64,000 nt of DNA from Octopus vulgaris (GCA_951406725.2 OX597830.1:15934001-15998000); one strand, 5' to 3'; numbered from the stretch's first letter, positions 28,830 through 41,718 are shown. The notes: a model not told the origin generated them from the letters alone. Translations and numbers: made by a program.

Positions 28830-29105
28830 TATGACTGACCATGGGATTGCACCTAGAAAGCTACCCTCCCAGGCACAAGTCCGGGCAAGGTTGTTTATGG
28901 AAGACCAGCAGTCGCCCATGCATACCGGCCTCCCCTCTCCACACCACTGATATAATCCAAGGGAAAGGCAAAGGGGCCGATACAGCTCGGCACCTGTGAC
29001 GTCGCAACTCCTTTCTACAGCTGAGTGAACTGGAGCAACGTGAAATAAAGTATCTTGCTCAAGAACACAACACGCAGCCCGGTCCGGGATTCGAACTCAC
29101 AACCG
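28830..29105 (-). mobile_element. tRNA-derived SINE, family D
   Basis: B box gagttcgaatccc on the minus strand; central segment ttgtgttcttgagcaag...ttcacgttgctccag shared with family C. Confidence 0.7.
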
Positions 29106-29340
29106 CACGTGGCTTCACGTCAGCAGTCAATTATTGTTTCTTATTAAACCCACCGAAGACGAGAGCTAATTTATCTAATATAGGGATTTTCAAGGAAACC
29201 TCTCTGAGAAACTTTGATGAAAAAGTCCACTAAACCAAGTCCAAAGTTTATACTCCAATTCTTTAATATTGCAAAGTGCAAAGGATCTGGTATTTTTTTT
29301 TATTATATAGAGAGTTCTTTATTAACAAGGTTATAATATA

Positions 29341-29743
29341 GGCGAAGGAGTGGCTATGTGGTTAGTAGCTTGCTTACGAACTACATGGTTCCAGGTTCAG
29401 TCCCACTGCGTGGCATCTTGGACAAGTGTCTTCTACTATAGCCCTAGGCCAACCAAAGTCTTGTGAGTGGACGGAAACTGAAAGAAGCCCGTCGTATATA
29501 TGTATATATATATATTTGTGTGTGTGCGTATGTGTGTGTCTGTGTTTGTCCCCACAACATCATTTGACAACCAATGCTGGTGTGTTTACGCCTCCCGTAA
29601 CTTAGCGGTTCGGCAAAAAAGAACCGATAGAATAAGTGCTAGGCTTACAAAGAATAAGTCCTGGGGTCGATGTGCTCGACTAAAGGCGGTGCTCCAGCAT
29701 GGCCACAACCAAATGGCTGAAACAAGCAAAAGAACAAAAGAGT
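29341..29743 (+). mobile_element. Full-length SINE family A
   Basis: ggcgaaggagtggctatgtggttag head, ggttcagtccc B box, internal (TA)(TG) tract, tail gcggtgctccagcatggcc...ctgaaacaag. Confidence 0.88.
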
Positions 29744-30308
29744 ATATGTTATAAAATTGACAAAGTGTTCGGTGAGGCATGAAATAGATCCCAATTAGTA
29801 ATATTAGAAATTCTTTTGGATAAATTCATTTAGAAGTCACTATATATCTTCTAAAGTTCGGAAAAAAAAAAAAAAACATTAAATCCATTTCAAGGTTGGC
29901 GCGAAGAGGATTATCTGGAAAGAATTAGTAAAAATTCAGATTATGACAGTTTTATTGTGAAAGTTAAAAAGACTCCACCACATTCTTGTTATCAATGAAT
30001 TCGCTTTCTGGATTATCATTTCCGTGTAAACATCATTCTTTGGTTGCTGTTAAGAATCGTTTGAATACATGCAAGCTTGTTCCACTGAATTTACTGAAAT
30101 ATTATAACGTGTTGAAGATAGACGACCTCTTCTTAACTGAGCTCTTGATATATATATATATATATACTCTTTTACTCCTTTACTTGTTTCAGTCATTTGA
30201 CTGTGGCCATGCAGGAGCACCGCCTTTAATCGAGCAAATCGACCCCAGAACATATTCTTTGTAAGCCTAGCATTCATTCTATTTTCCTCTTTTTTTTATG
30301 AAGTACAA

Positions 30309-30399
<91 letters not shown>

Positions 30400-30432
30400 T
30401 GTATACATATACATATGTATATATATATATGT

Positions 30433-30473
<41 letters not shown>

Positions 30474-30486
30474 CATATATATATAG

Positions 30487-30640
30487 AGGGAGAGTTTACG
30501 AAAAAAAACAAAAGACAAAGACAGGTGATGTACAAAACAAACAGATGTATTAGTATAACGCTCAGGAATAGAAAAAGTCTTTTATGTTTGCAGCCTACAC
30601 TCTTCTACAGAAAGGGACACAGAAAAAAACAAGGAGAGAA
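30487..30640 (-). mobile_element. pLTR-like repeat family P1, copy 4, decayed hammerhead at 30579-30614
   Basis: Minus strand reads cttt-CTGTAGA-AGAGT-gtag-GCTG-CAAA-CATA-aaag (GAAA lost). Confidence 0.7.
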
Positions 30641-30766
30641 AAATATATATATATATATCTTTTTTTAATTTTTTACTCTAGTTTCAACTCAGAGCTGCGG
30701 CCATGCTGATGCACCGCCGTTTATATATATATTTGCAAAGGAAGGCCTACTTTCCACCGACAACTC

Positions 30767-32600
30767 ACGATTGTTGGTTATGATTTCTTCGATGTGAGTT
30801 CAAATCGTTACACACTGATATTGTATGTTTGCGGTAGGTTTCCCCTCGCGGGTGAACCAAGATTCGTTGGATTGTGTAAATTATAGAATTTCGGTCACTG
30901 GTTCGTTTGCACCTGTATAATCCCCGTCTACGGGTGGAGTGAAGAAAGATGGAGAATAGACAAAGTTACGCAGCGGCAACGACACAAGGAATAAATGCCA
31001 ACACCCTGGAATTGCAAGAGATATAAATGGACAAAAGAAAGCGGAAGGAAGGAAGAAAATTTGTAAAAAAGAAGGGAACTAGTCTAAAGCTGACTCCCCC
31101 AGAAGAACTGATGAAAAGTATAGAAAAGAGGACGGTATTATACAGAACGATATCTACGTCCTCGAACAAGATAGAGGCAGCCCCAACAGAAGAAATAGAG
31201 GAATGCCTAGAAAATGTGAAAAAATTGACTACGTTCTATACAGGTGGAAAGAAGTATGGCTCAGTGGAAGTAAGGTTTGGCAACGAAGAAGATGCCATAA
31301 ACCACGGCACGGAGCCGTTACGGACAACGAAATGGATTCTACTTCCGGCGTACTGTGGCAAATGCCGAGGAAGAATGGCTGTTAGCAGCCATTATGTACG
31401 ATGTGAAGGATGGAGTAGAGATCCTCAAGATGAAGAAGTCCCCAAAGTCCAATTGGTGGGGATATAGCCTCGAAGGGACCATGCAAGTATCTTTGGAAAA
31501 TTTGCATAGTATAACGGAGGAAATAATACTCCCGGAAGACAGCAGACTTCGAATAATAGTAGAAGGAAGACCACTAACATGCTTCCTATGCGGCAAAAAG
31601 GGGCACATGAAAGCAAGATGTCCCGAGAAGGAAAACGAAGAGGAGAAGAAAAGTGAAGAAAACAATACCGAAGAGGTAGTACCAACGAAAGAGACAGACA
31701 GAGTGGAGGAACCCTTCACAGTAGTAAACACGAGGAAGAGAAAGGAACGGGCGAATTCTCCCCCAGAGAGTCAAAAAAGGCTAAAGGAGATTGTGATGGA
31801 AGAAAAGAGAAATAGGTGTGAAGCACCAACAGAAGCAGTAGTGAAAGAAGGCACACAGGAAAAAAACAGCATTACAACAGGGAGAAAGAGGAAGCGTTCA
31901 TAAATTTGGTTGTGATGTTTCTGCATGCCCGAACAGTTCAGGACGGAAGCCGAAGCAAGCAGAAGTGAAAAGGAAGAGATACAAGTGGCATTTGGTCACT
32001 TATTACAAAAGTAAAGAAGTGGAGAAAACGATTGTAAAATTTCAATCGGTAATAAGGGTGTAGCTGCCGCCAGGAAAATACCCGGAACACACTAAAGGAA
32101 TAGTCATAGATAAAGAGAGATATTTGAAATTAAGAGAGATGTATGGACTTTTCATAGACCCGCTGGGGGTTGAAGTCGAGTTTGACGAGCTCCCACCGGC
32201 CGTGGAATTAGAAGATTTGAAACCCTTTATGGAAAACTTAAAACTAAGTAAGTAAAATTTGTACTTCATAAAAAAGGAGGAAAATAGACTGTTAAAATGT
32301 ATTAAGAAAAAATGAAAACAAATTAATAAAAAATGAAAACAAAATGATACAAAAAAAAACAAAAGACTAAAAAAAAAGAACAAATTAAAATAGGAAAAAA
32401 GAAAAAAGACTGTAAGAACGTTTAATTGTAAAAAAGTAATCGCGGTTTCGTCTCGGAGCGGGACCGAGAAAACCGTCTCATATTCATTATAATTTAATTC
32501 ATTGTAGTTCATTCTTTCATGTTTTTTTTTGTTCCCGCATGTTTGTGTATGTCCCCTCTGTATTCAGGCCTTGTGCCTATAATAACCTATAATAAAAAAA
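30767..32600 (+). mobile_element. ORF1-only non-autonomous non-LTR retroelement (HAL1-like; Tx1/L1-type ORF1)
   Basis: AACTC duplication at 30762-30766 and 32601-32605; A tail; one disrupted ORF with a CCHC knuckle; no endonuclease or RT. Confidence 0.75.
31027..32255 (+). pseudogene. Disrupted ORF1/Gag-like nucleic-acid-binding protein with CX2CX4HX4C zinc knuckle
   Basis: ORFs 31027..31467 and 31355..31903 join by a frameshift; IIVEGRPLT-CFLCGKKGHMKARC-P; coding-like frame continues ...LPPGKYPEH...PFMENLKLSK* to 32255. Confidence 0.75.
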
Positions 32601-32613
32601 AACTCGTGGTTGT

Positions 32614-32658
32614 CACACGCTGATGACGGGTCAAGACCCAAAAACTCGAGTCCGTGTG
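32614..32658 (+). ncRNA. Type I hammerhead motif, probably inactivated (GAAA to AAAA)
   Basis: cacacg-CTGATGA-C-GGGTC-aa-GACCC-AAAAA-CTCGAG-TC-cgtgtg; perfect 6-bp helix I and palindromic helix III. Confidence 0.72.
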
Positions 32659-33956
32659 TATCATAGGTTGAAGACGGGAAGGATGGCTTACCTTTGCAAA
32701 TACTGATAGGACGCAGAAAGTGTGTCACTGGCCAGCTGGAGGAGGTGTCCTCCTGGGGCTACAAGCTACAGTAGCATCCACCCTTAAGGGTTAGCCACAT
32801 TTATATGGCAAAAATACTTCACGATGTGTTGCAGCTACTGTTTATACCTCGCTCAGAGATTTATTATATATATATTTATATTTATATATAAAATATATAT
32901 AAAATTTTTAAAGATATAAAAAAAATATTAAAATTTATAAATAATATAAATGTTAAATTTTAAATTTAAATAATTAAATTTTAAATTTTATATATTTTGT
33001 ATATTATATTAATTATATTTATTTTAATGTTTTGGTTTATGTTTTTCACTGTTTGATTTGCCTAATAGTGGTTTTAATACGTGTATATTTGTGTGTGTGT
33101 GTGTGTTTGTATCTCCACCATCGCTTGACAACCGATATTGCTGTGTTTACGTCCCTGTAAGCTAGCGGTTCAGTAAAAGACACCGATAGAATAAGTATTA
33201 AGCTTACGAAGAATAAATCCTATGGTCGACTTGTTCGACTAAAGGCGGTACTCTAGCATGGCTGCAGTCACATAGCTGACACAAGTAAAACAATAAAAAC
33301 TATGCCATTTTAATCCCGAGCAACGCCGGGTATCTCTGCTAGTTATCTATAACGACATTGAAGCATTAACTGAAAAAGCATTCATACCTATAAGTAGTGT
33401 ATAAAACCTTTCCTGTTTCTCAAAAATTTTCTTAAAAATGACTTCAGTGTCGCTGGTTGTCGGATTCGTCGAAATGTAAATAGTGTAATTCTGGTTATCA
33501 ATTATATGAGGGATTATTTCTCATGGATAAACAACAGTGAGTCGCTTAGGTGAACTACAGTGAGGTGGTTTAATAGAACTAAGAATGTAAATGTGAAATG
33601 AAAAATATATAATATTCTTTTATTGTTTATTGCGTACAGACAATCAAACAACTAATGTAACGTCTGAATAAATCAGCAAAACAGACATTCTTTGCTATCG
33701 AGTAGGATGTGTTTTTTGCCAATATTCCAATTAATCTGAAGAATGGGTTTAATTTAAACGTTAGTACTTCCCAGTCAGTAAGTATTCTACTGCATCAACA
33801 AATTTCAGTGGTAAATATTAAAAGCGGTTGGATTACAAACGGAGAATTTCTGCTTCTCCCATAGTTATATGCATCTGCATTACGAGTTGGAATGAAAAAA
33901 GATGTATTTGGATGCCTCGCAAAGGAATACAAAAACCATTTAAAAAAGAGCTTTGA

Positions 33957-34480
33957 TACAAGGTGGGCTGAAAAGTTCACAAGCTGATTATGAAGGAGCG
34001 ATGCAACAGCTGTGAAATCTTGCCTGCACTATGTTCAATTCTTTTAATTAATAACTGGATCTCTTCTTGTCGGGAGTCCCAGATGAACCTACCTCACGAC
34101 AGGAGACACAGATGCGAGCAGCAGCATCGAACTCCGTTGTTGATCAAGTCAATCCTTTTAATTAATAACTGTATTTTTTTTACCCCGGCGAATAGCGACT
34201 TCTCTCGAAAGTGGACAAACTTTGGGCATCGTGGTGTTATCAAGGACATGCAGAAAAATGGCTTAGCTCGTCCCAAGGACATTTACATGGTCGTTACATT
34301 TGATGATGCTCCAGCTTTTATCACCGGTGTAAAAGTGGGCAGCTGAATATTTTGGAAGGAAAATAAGAATGTTGAAGGTGACCCAACGTCTGGACGTCCT
34401 ACAGCTACCAAATAACAAAGAAGATATTGATCGTGTTCTTCATATGGTAATGGATGACAGACGCTCGTAAGGTAACAATA
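33957..34480 (+). mobile_element. Mariner 5' remnant (TIR plus decayed transposase N-terminus)
   Basis: TIR-like tacaaggtgggctgaaaagttc; broken translation GHRGVIKDMQKNGL..PKDI..DDAPA..KWAAE..EGDPTSGRP. Confidence 0.75.
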
Positions 34481-35154
34481 CTTCATTGTGACGTCCATTA
34501 AAGATAAAGGTCATTACTTCATTATTTACTCCTAGCAACAGAGTAAAGAGTTAGAGAAAGTCTGTCTGTTTATGTGTCTTTGACTCTATGTGTCCGGGTG
34601 TATCTCTCTCTCTCTCTCTCTCTACAGATTTCAGTACGTGTGTCTATCCATATGTACATAATATATCTTCTTATGCTAGATACAGGCGTATTTATGCATG
34701 TATCTTGGTTTCTAACTGCATTGTGCAGATGTGTGTGTCTTTCTATATGTGCATAAGCATGAGTGAGGTCGCTGTATTCTGTATTCTGTATTCTGTATTC
34801 TCAAAATAAGCTATACACCTGAGAACTGCAAGAGACTTTTGAAAAAAGTTATTGATTAGAAAAATAAATCATTTGCAGTAATTATGTAAATTAGAGTATT
34901 TGGTAAAAAACGCTTTCAAAGAATTTTTTTTTTTTTTTCTGGAAATTTAAGAGTGAGAATATTCTGCATATTTGTTTTTGTTTCGTTTTTGTTTCTTTAT
35001 TTGCATATTTCTGTGAAACTCAAATTGAACCATCGTCTGAATTGCTAGGATGCAAATTTTTTTTTTCCTGTGAATCAATATTCTCGGACAAGCTGCAGAC
35101 TTTCAGAATGTTTTTTCAAGGAATTTATCAAAAATTTGGCAGATTTATAAATAC

Positions 35155-35333
35155 AGGCGCAGGAGTGGCTGTGTGGTAAGAAGCTTGCTTCACAACCACT
35201 TGGGTCCGGGTTCAGCCCTACTGCGTGGCACCTTGGGCGAGTGTCTTCCACTATAGCTTCGGGCCGACCAAAACCTCCTGAGTAGATTTGGTAGACGGAA
35301 ACTGAATGAAACCCGTCATGTGTGTGTGTGTGT

Positions 35334-35372
<39 letters not shown>

Positions 35373-35580
35373 TGTTTGTCCCGCAATGCTGCTTGACAAC
35401 AAGTGTTAATGTGTTTACGTTCCTGTAACATAGTGGTTCGGCAAAAGACAGTGATAGAATAAGTACCAGGCTTAACAAAAAATAAATACTGGCGACATTT
35501 CAATCGACTAAAGGTTTTTCAAGGCCGTGCTTCAGCATGGGCGCATTCTATTGACTGAAACAAGTAAAAGATAAAAAGAT
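35155..35580 (+). mobile_element. Full-length SINE family A
   Basis: Matches 29341-29743. Confidence 0.85.
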
Positions 35581-35859
35581 ACTATACTGCATTGCTTCGG
35601 TTTATAGACAGTTTCAAAGAAAATCACACACATTCATACACACACACGACGGTCTTCCTTCAGTTTCCGTCTACCAAATCCACTCACAAGGCTTTGGTCA
35701 ACCCGAGGTTATAATTGATGACACTTGTTCAAGATGCCACGCAGTAGGACTGAACCTGGGACCATGTGGTATGGGAGCAAGTTTCTTACCACACAGCCAC
35801 GCCAGCACAGTTTTCAATCTTTCTTGACAGCAGTACTCTATGATGCAGCTACTATATGG

Positions 35860-36140
35860 CAGTCTTCCTAACATCACCTTGGTAACCAGAGCAAGAAGAG
35901 CACGTCATGTAGGGTTCTGCTGGAGATTAAAAGATGAAGTATCCTGCGCCCTCCTCCCCTGAAAACCCACACATGGGCATACAAATATGGGCATATCAAG
36001 AGAGAAGCACATATAGATTAACATGTGGAGGACACTGGATATTTGGTTGAGAATATGAAGACTGCTGTGGACGATCGGGACATCTGACGTGGAAGGTATG
36101 CAATTGTCCGGGCAGTCGCCTGACCAAATGATGACGATGT
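35860..36140 (+). mobile_element. RTE-like LINE 3' end remnant
   Basis: RARHVGFCWR..KPTHG..AVDDRDI-like decayed translation followed by a (GAT)n-like tail. Confidence 0.55.
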
Positions 36141-36171
36141 AGATGGCGGTGGTGGTGATGGTGGTAATATA

Positions 36172-36380
36172 TGCTCTTTTACTCTTTTACTTGTTTCAGT
36201 CATTTGACCGCGGCCATGCTGGAGCACCGCCTTTAGTCGAGTAAATCGACCCCAGGACTTATTCTTTGTAAGCCTATTACGTATTCTATCACTGTCTTTT
36301 GCCGAACCGCTAAGTTCCGGAGTCGTAAACACACCAGCATCGGCTGTCTAGCGATGTTGGCGGGGACAAACACAGACACA

Positions 36381-36445
<65 letters not shown>

Positions 36446-36622
36446 GTATACATATATACGACGGGCTTCTTTTCAGCTTCCGTCTACCAAATCCACTCAC
36501 AAGGCTTTGTTCGACCCAAGGCTATAGTAGAAGACACTTGCCCAAGGCGCCACGCAGCGGGACCGAACCCGGAACCATGTGGTTGGCAAGCAAGCCACTT
36601 ACCACACAGCCACTCCTGCGCC
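36172..36622 (-). mobile_element. Full-length SINE family A
   Basis: Reverse-complement match to family A. Confidence 0.88.
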
Positions 36623-36645
36623 TATGTATGTTTGTATGCATTATG

Positions 36646-36707
<62 letters not shown>

Positions 36708-37190
36708 AAAACATGCATGTATGTATGTGTGTATTTATGTATACATATATATGGGCATTTTGTTGATAGCTGTGATAAGGTGATATTTTCATTTAAAATG
36801 GCATGCACACTATATAATCTTTAAATAAATTCTATGATTTTTGTACGTGTGATGCCGCCTGTTGTTTGTTGTAACAATTCTATCTGTTATCGAAACGATC
36901 GTAACTGATTAATATATGCGATAACAATACCTTTATTCCTTTGATCTTTTATTTCATACATACATACATACATATATATACTCACGTAGATATACATGCA
37001 TTCATACATATATACATACATACCGACCCGCACTAACCCACCCACCTCCACACACACACATGAGTATATAGGTACATACACAGATCATGTTGACATACGT
37101 ACACATAGAAGTGTGAGTTTGTATATACGTAGATGTATATCTAAGTATAAACCTAAACATATTTACATAAATATAAATTTATATATACAC

Positions 37191-37228
<38 letters not shown>

Positions 37229-37494
37229 GTGTATGTGTGTGTATGTATATATATATACATACGCATATATACGTGCATGCATACATATGTATACACACGC
37301 ACACACACACACACACACAAATATATATATATATATAATGGAGAAAGTATACAAAAGGTATAAGTAGATGATAAGTAAAGCACCGGCACAGTTTCGATTA
37401 CCTGTTGTTATCCGTAGATTTCTGGTAGGAAATTCGTGGTGGTGGTTGAGGTAATAGTATTAATAGAATAGACGGAATAAAAAGATTTTATTTA

Positions 37495-37536
37495 GTACGA
37501 CACATGTTTCGACCCGTTCTGGGTCTCTTCGGGTAC
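37495..37536 (-). ncRNA. Minimal hammerhead motif (U4C), left arm of an inverted repeat
   Basis: gtac-CCGAAGA-GACCC-agaac-GGGTC-GAAA-CATGTG-TC-gtac. Confidence 0.8.
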
Positions 37537-37748
37537 ACAAATAAATTTTTAAAATTATAAAGTCTCACTAGACATTTTCTGATTCGGTTTTACGTACCGC
37601 CATATGGCCATCGTCTTTGGGAATGAGTAAAAAAACGGAGAAAAATTGAAACACGAAAAATTCAAATATGAATGTGAAAATTATACATTCTCGTTAAGAG
37701 AAAATGACGTAATGAGCCAACGCTGTTGTAACTGTTATGTATATTTAT

Positions 37749-37790
37749 ATATCCGAAGAGACCCAGAAAGGGTTGAAACATGTGTCATAC
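37749..37790 (+). ncRNA. Minimal hammerhead motif (U4C), right arm of an inverted repeat
   Basis: atat-CCGAAGA-GACCC-agaaa-GGGTT-GAAA-CATGTG-TC-atac. Confidence 0.72.
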
Positions 37791-37839
37791 TAAATAAAAT
37801 CTTTTATTCCATCTATTTTATTAATACTGTTTTATATAT

Positions 37840-38036
37840 ACTCTTTTACTCTTTTACTTGTTTCAGTCATTTCACTGCAGCCATGCTGGAGCACCGCCTT
37901 TAGTCGGGCAAATCGACCCCAGCACTTATTCTATCGGTCTCTTTTGCCGAACCGCTAAGTAACGGGGACATAAACACACCAGCATCGGTTGTCAAGCAAT
38001 GCTAGGGGGACAAACACAGACACACAAACACACACA

Positions 38037-38081
<45 letters not shown>

Positions 38082-38243
38082 GACGGGCTTCTTTCAGTTT
38101 CCGTCTACCAAATCCACTCACAAGGCATTGTTTGGCCCGAGGCTATAGTAGAAGACACTCGCCCAAGGTGCCACGCAGTGGGACTGAACCCGGAACCGTG
38201 TGGTTGGTAAACAAGCTACTTACCACACAGCCACTCCTGCGCC
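37840..38243 (-). mobile_element. Full-length SINE family A
   Basis: Reverse-complement match to family A. Confidence 0.88.
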
Positions 38244-38709
38244 TATTTATATATATATATATAAATATATATATATAATCTAACAGCTAAACTCGGTTTC
38301 ACCCGGTCGGTTTGGATGATGTAGCTGTAAAACCTGTTCTGCGTAAGCATTCGACTTGTTTGGACACGCTTACGTTAAAAAACAATTTTAGAATGACTTT
38401 TTTTCTGTCAAAACACTAAAAATAACTGACCAAGATTGAACCAAATCAAAAAATAAACCCAAATACTAAGCGAACAAAAATGAACAATCCCACTTCTATT
38501 GCGCGCGCGCACACACACACACACACACTCACACATTCACGTACCCCCATCTTTTACATACACACATATATTCACACAGAGTGGTTGATATATTTTTTCA
38601 CCTTACAATTTTCATCATCCCACTACCAAGTATGACATCACCCTTCCTTCCTTATTTATCTATCACCCCTTCCTTTCTCATCCATAAACACAAGAGTATT
38701 ATTATAGTA

Positions 38710-39080
38710 GACTAGCTCTATGACCCGGCAACGCCGGGTCATAGTGCTAGTGCATGCATATCCAGCTGCGTGCGTGCGTACATACACGCGGGTACTGTCC
38801 AAATCTCCGACCAATCACATACAGCTAGCTGGCATTCAATTAGCGTATCAAGTTTCGGCATTTTGATTGGGTTTTGGATAGAAAATTCACAAAAAGTCAC
38901 TTCTATTGATTTTTTAATGGCTTTGCGGGGTGACTGGGGAAATGTAAAGATGTGCACGACCACCCTTTGACGGTTTTGAATGATCATAGAAAGTGCGAGC
39001 CCTCTAACTGAAAAATTGTGGATTTGTATAAAGGACACACACACAGACAGACATTTTGCCGCTTATATATACAGAGATTA
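38710..39080 (+). mobile_element. Non-autonomous Helentron/HINE-like element
   Basis: Terminal hairpin actagc.ctatgacccggc-aac-gccgggtcatag.gctagt; homologous to 9383-9770. Confidence 0.55.
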
Positions 39081-39757
39081 TCTCGGTAACCATGGGAGCT
39101 ATGAAAAAATACAAAACCCAGCATCACCACCAGATCATTCTACACATTTGTGTATTTTTTTGCGCAATTCCACCCAGCCGTTTGACTGTGAATCCCAAGA
39201 CAAGATACATTCGCTTATGACAAATTTATATATATAGATACACACACACACACACACACACAATCATGTATAAATGTATATATTTATGTATATGTAAATG
39301 CACATACATAAGATCATGAATACATGCTTATAGACAACCATATATACATGCATATGTGAATATGTTTATTTGCATACACATCTGTGTATACATAAACATA
39401 TGTCCATGCGTATACAAGTATGTATTTAAATGTATCTATATATGTGTGTATATAAACTTATACACATAAACCTATATATGTAGATAGATAGATAATCATA
39501 AATACATACATATATATGCATGTGTATATAATATATATATATGTGCATTGAAGCATATGTACATTATGCGTGCATATGTGTACGAATTTTGTGTATGTAT
39601 ACATGTGCACATACGCGAGTATACCTGTCTATCTACTTAAATTGATGTAGTTATAGTAGTAAACTATGCCAGAGGTGTGTATTTGTATGTATGTATGCAT
39701 GTATGTATGTATGTATGTGTGTGTGTATGTATGTGTGTGTGTATGTGTGTGTGTATG

Positions 39758-39798
<41 letters not shown>

Positions 39799-40182
39799 TT
39801 GTTGATAGATTAATGTATGAATTTGTAGTGAGTGTATAAATTATGTACGTATATGTAAACATCAGTTTGTATATAAGGAGGTGTATTAATCATATCGTTC
39901 TTACAAACCACCTGCTTCAGTTCTCCAGAATGACACCAAATTCCACGCATGAATAATTTCAACTACCACTAATGGAATCGAAAGAAAAATTGTTTTCTAA
40001 GTAACCAATAATGATCTCTGCGTATCTGAAAATTCAACAATGATATAGTATATTCCTTTAATCTGTGCACCCCGTCACCCTTAATCCAAATATGTACCCC
40101 CACAAAAAAGGGTTCTATCAAGTCTCAATAACTAATGAGGAATTGGTAAAAAATTATGTCTTTCCAGCTTCTTTTATATTTC

Positions 40183-40733
40183 TATTGGGTTGTCCGGAAA
40201 GTTCATGCCGTTTTATAGCAGCTTACCTTTCGACTTATTTTAGAACATGGTTAAGTCCATAAAATATGATTTGACTACACCTCCATTCAGAGAAAAGTTT
40301 AAGCTATCTTTTCGTGGAAGAAGGTTTATGTTCCTATAACCTGTGTTAATTCTGTAACCCTTTAAAATGGAAGATATGAAAGTTCATTTTCGGTACTTGA
40401 TGCTTTAGGAACCAGACAAAAATTGCTGCAGCTCGGCTGCGATGTGTTACCCCACCCTCCATATTCATCAGATATTGCTCCTTCGGATTTCCACTTATTC
40501 AGGTCTCTGCAGAATAGTCTTAATGGTAAAAACTTAAATTCCTTGGATGACGTAAAAAGATACCTTGATGAATTCTTTACCATGAAACCACCTCAATTCT
40601 GGGAAGAGAGTATTTTCATGTTAAAGGAAAGATGGAGACGCATTGTGCAACAAAATGGTTCATATTTTATTGATAAAAAACTGTAATGGCAAATGACCTT
40701 TAAAAATCGGCACGGACTTCCGGACAACCCAAT
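40183..40733 (+). mobile_element. Internally deleted mariner transposon with both TIRs
   Basis: TIRs attgggttgtccggaaagttcatgccg / cggcacggacttccggacaacccaat; ORF 40423..40686 has HPPYSSDIAPSDFHLF (YSPDLAPSD motif). Confidence 0.92.
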
Positions 40734-41002
40734 GCAATTCCACAATTTTCCTTTCAATCACAATATAAACACGACAGGAGAGGTTATTATGCATATAGCT
40801 AATATCTGTGACTACTAACATCAAAGAAAACTGTAGAGTCACCACGAAAACTGTAGAGTGGCATGAAATTTTGCTCCCCAACGACATGGTTCAGGGTTCA
40901 ATCCCACAGCGTGGCACTTTGGGCAAGTGTCTTCTAGTAGACACTCGGTCCGACCAAAGTCTTGTCAATGAATTTGGCAGGCAGAAACTGAAACAAGACC
41001 GT

Positions 41003-41059
<57 letters not shown>

Positions 41060-41106
41060 GTATGCATACATACATACATACATACATGCATACATACATA
41101 CATACA

Positions 41107-41141
<35 letters not shown>

Positions 41142-41509
41142 GTATGTATGTATGTACATGTATGTATGTATGTATGTATGTATGTATGTACATACACACA
41201 TATATATATATATATAAGCGCAAATAAAGGTTATCTACAATATTAATCACTATTTATAATATACTACTATCACATTCTTATAGCCATCTTCTCAATTTCT
41301 TTTATTTAATACCCCAGAGAGATATATTACTTTAATACCATACCCTATTCGTTATTTTTATCCTTATTTATTTTTATAATAACTTCAATAAATATACCAC
41401 CCTGCCCACTCCCTTTGTAGGGTTCATACCATGTTCTTTCTATATAGCATTTATCAGTTAACGGTTTGGGGCTGCATACTCAACACACTGTAATGATATA
41501 TCTTTAGCA

Positions 41510-41590
41510 AACTCCGATGAGAGTCAGCTTTAATATGTTATTAATTATGCTAATTAATTTCTAAAGTCTTGACTCGAAACAGCTGTCACA
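41510..41590 (+). ncRNA. Hammerhead motif (U4C) with extended helix II; helix I decayed
   Basis: CCGATGA-GAGTC...GACTC-GAAA-CAGCTG-TC. Confidence 0.65.
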
Positions 41591-41659
41591 GGTGATGTTC
41601 AGTTTTATGATTAATGAATAATTATTAATTTAATTATACCTCTATTTTCTTTCTTCTTA

Positions 41660-41718
<59 letters not shown>

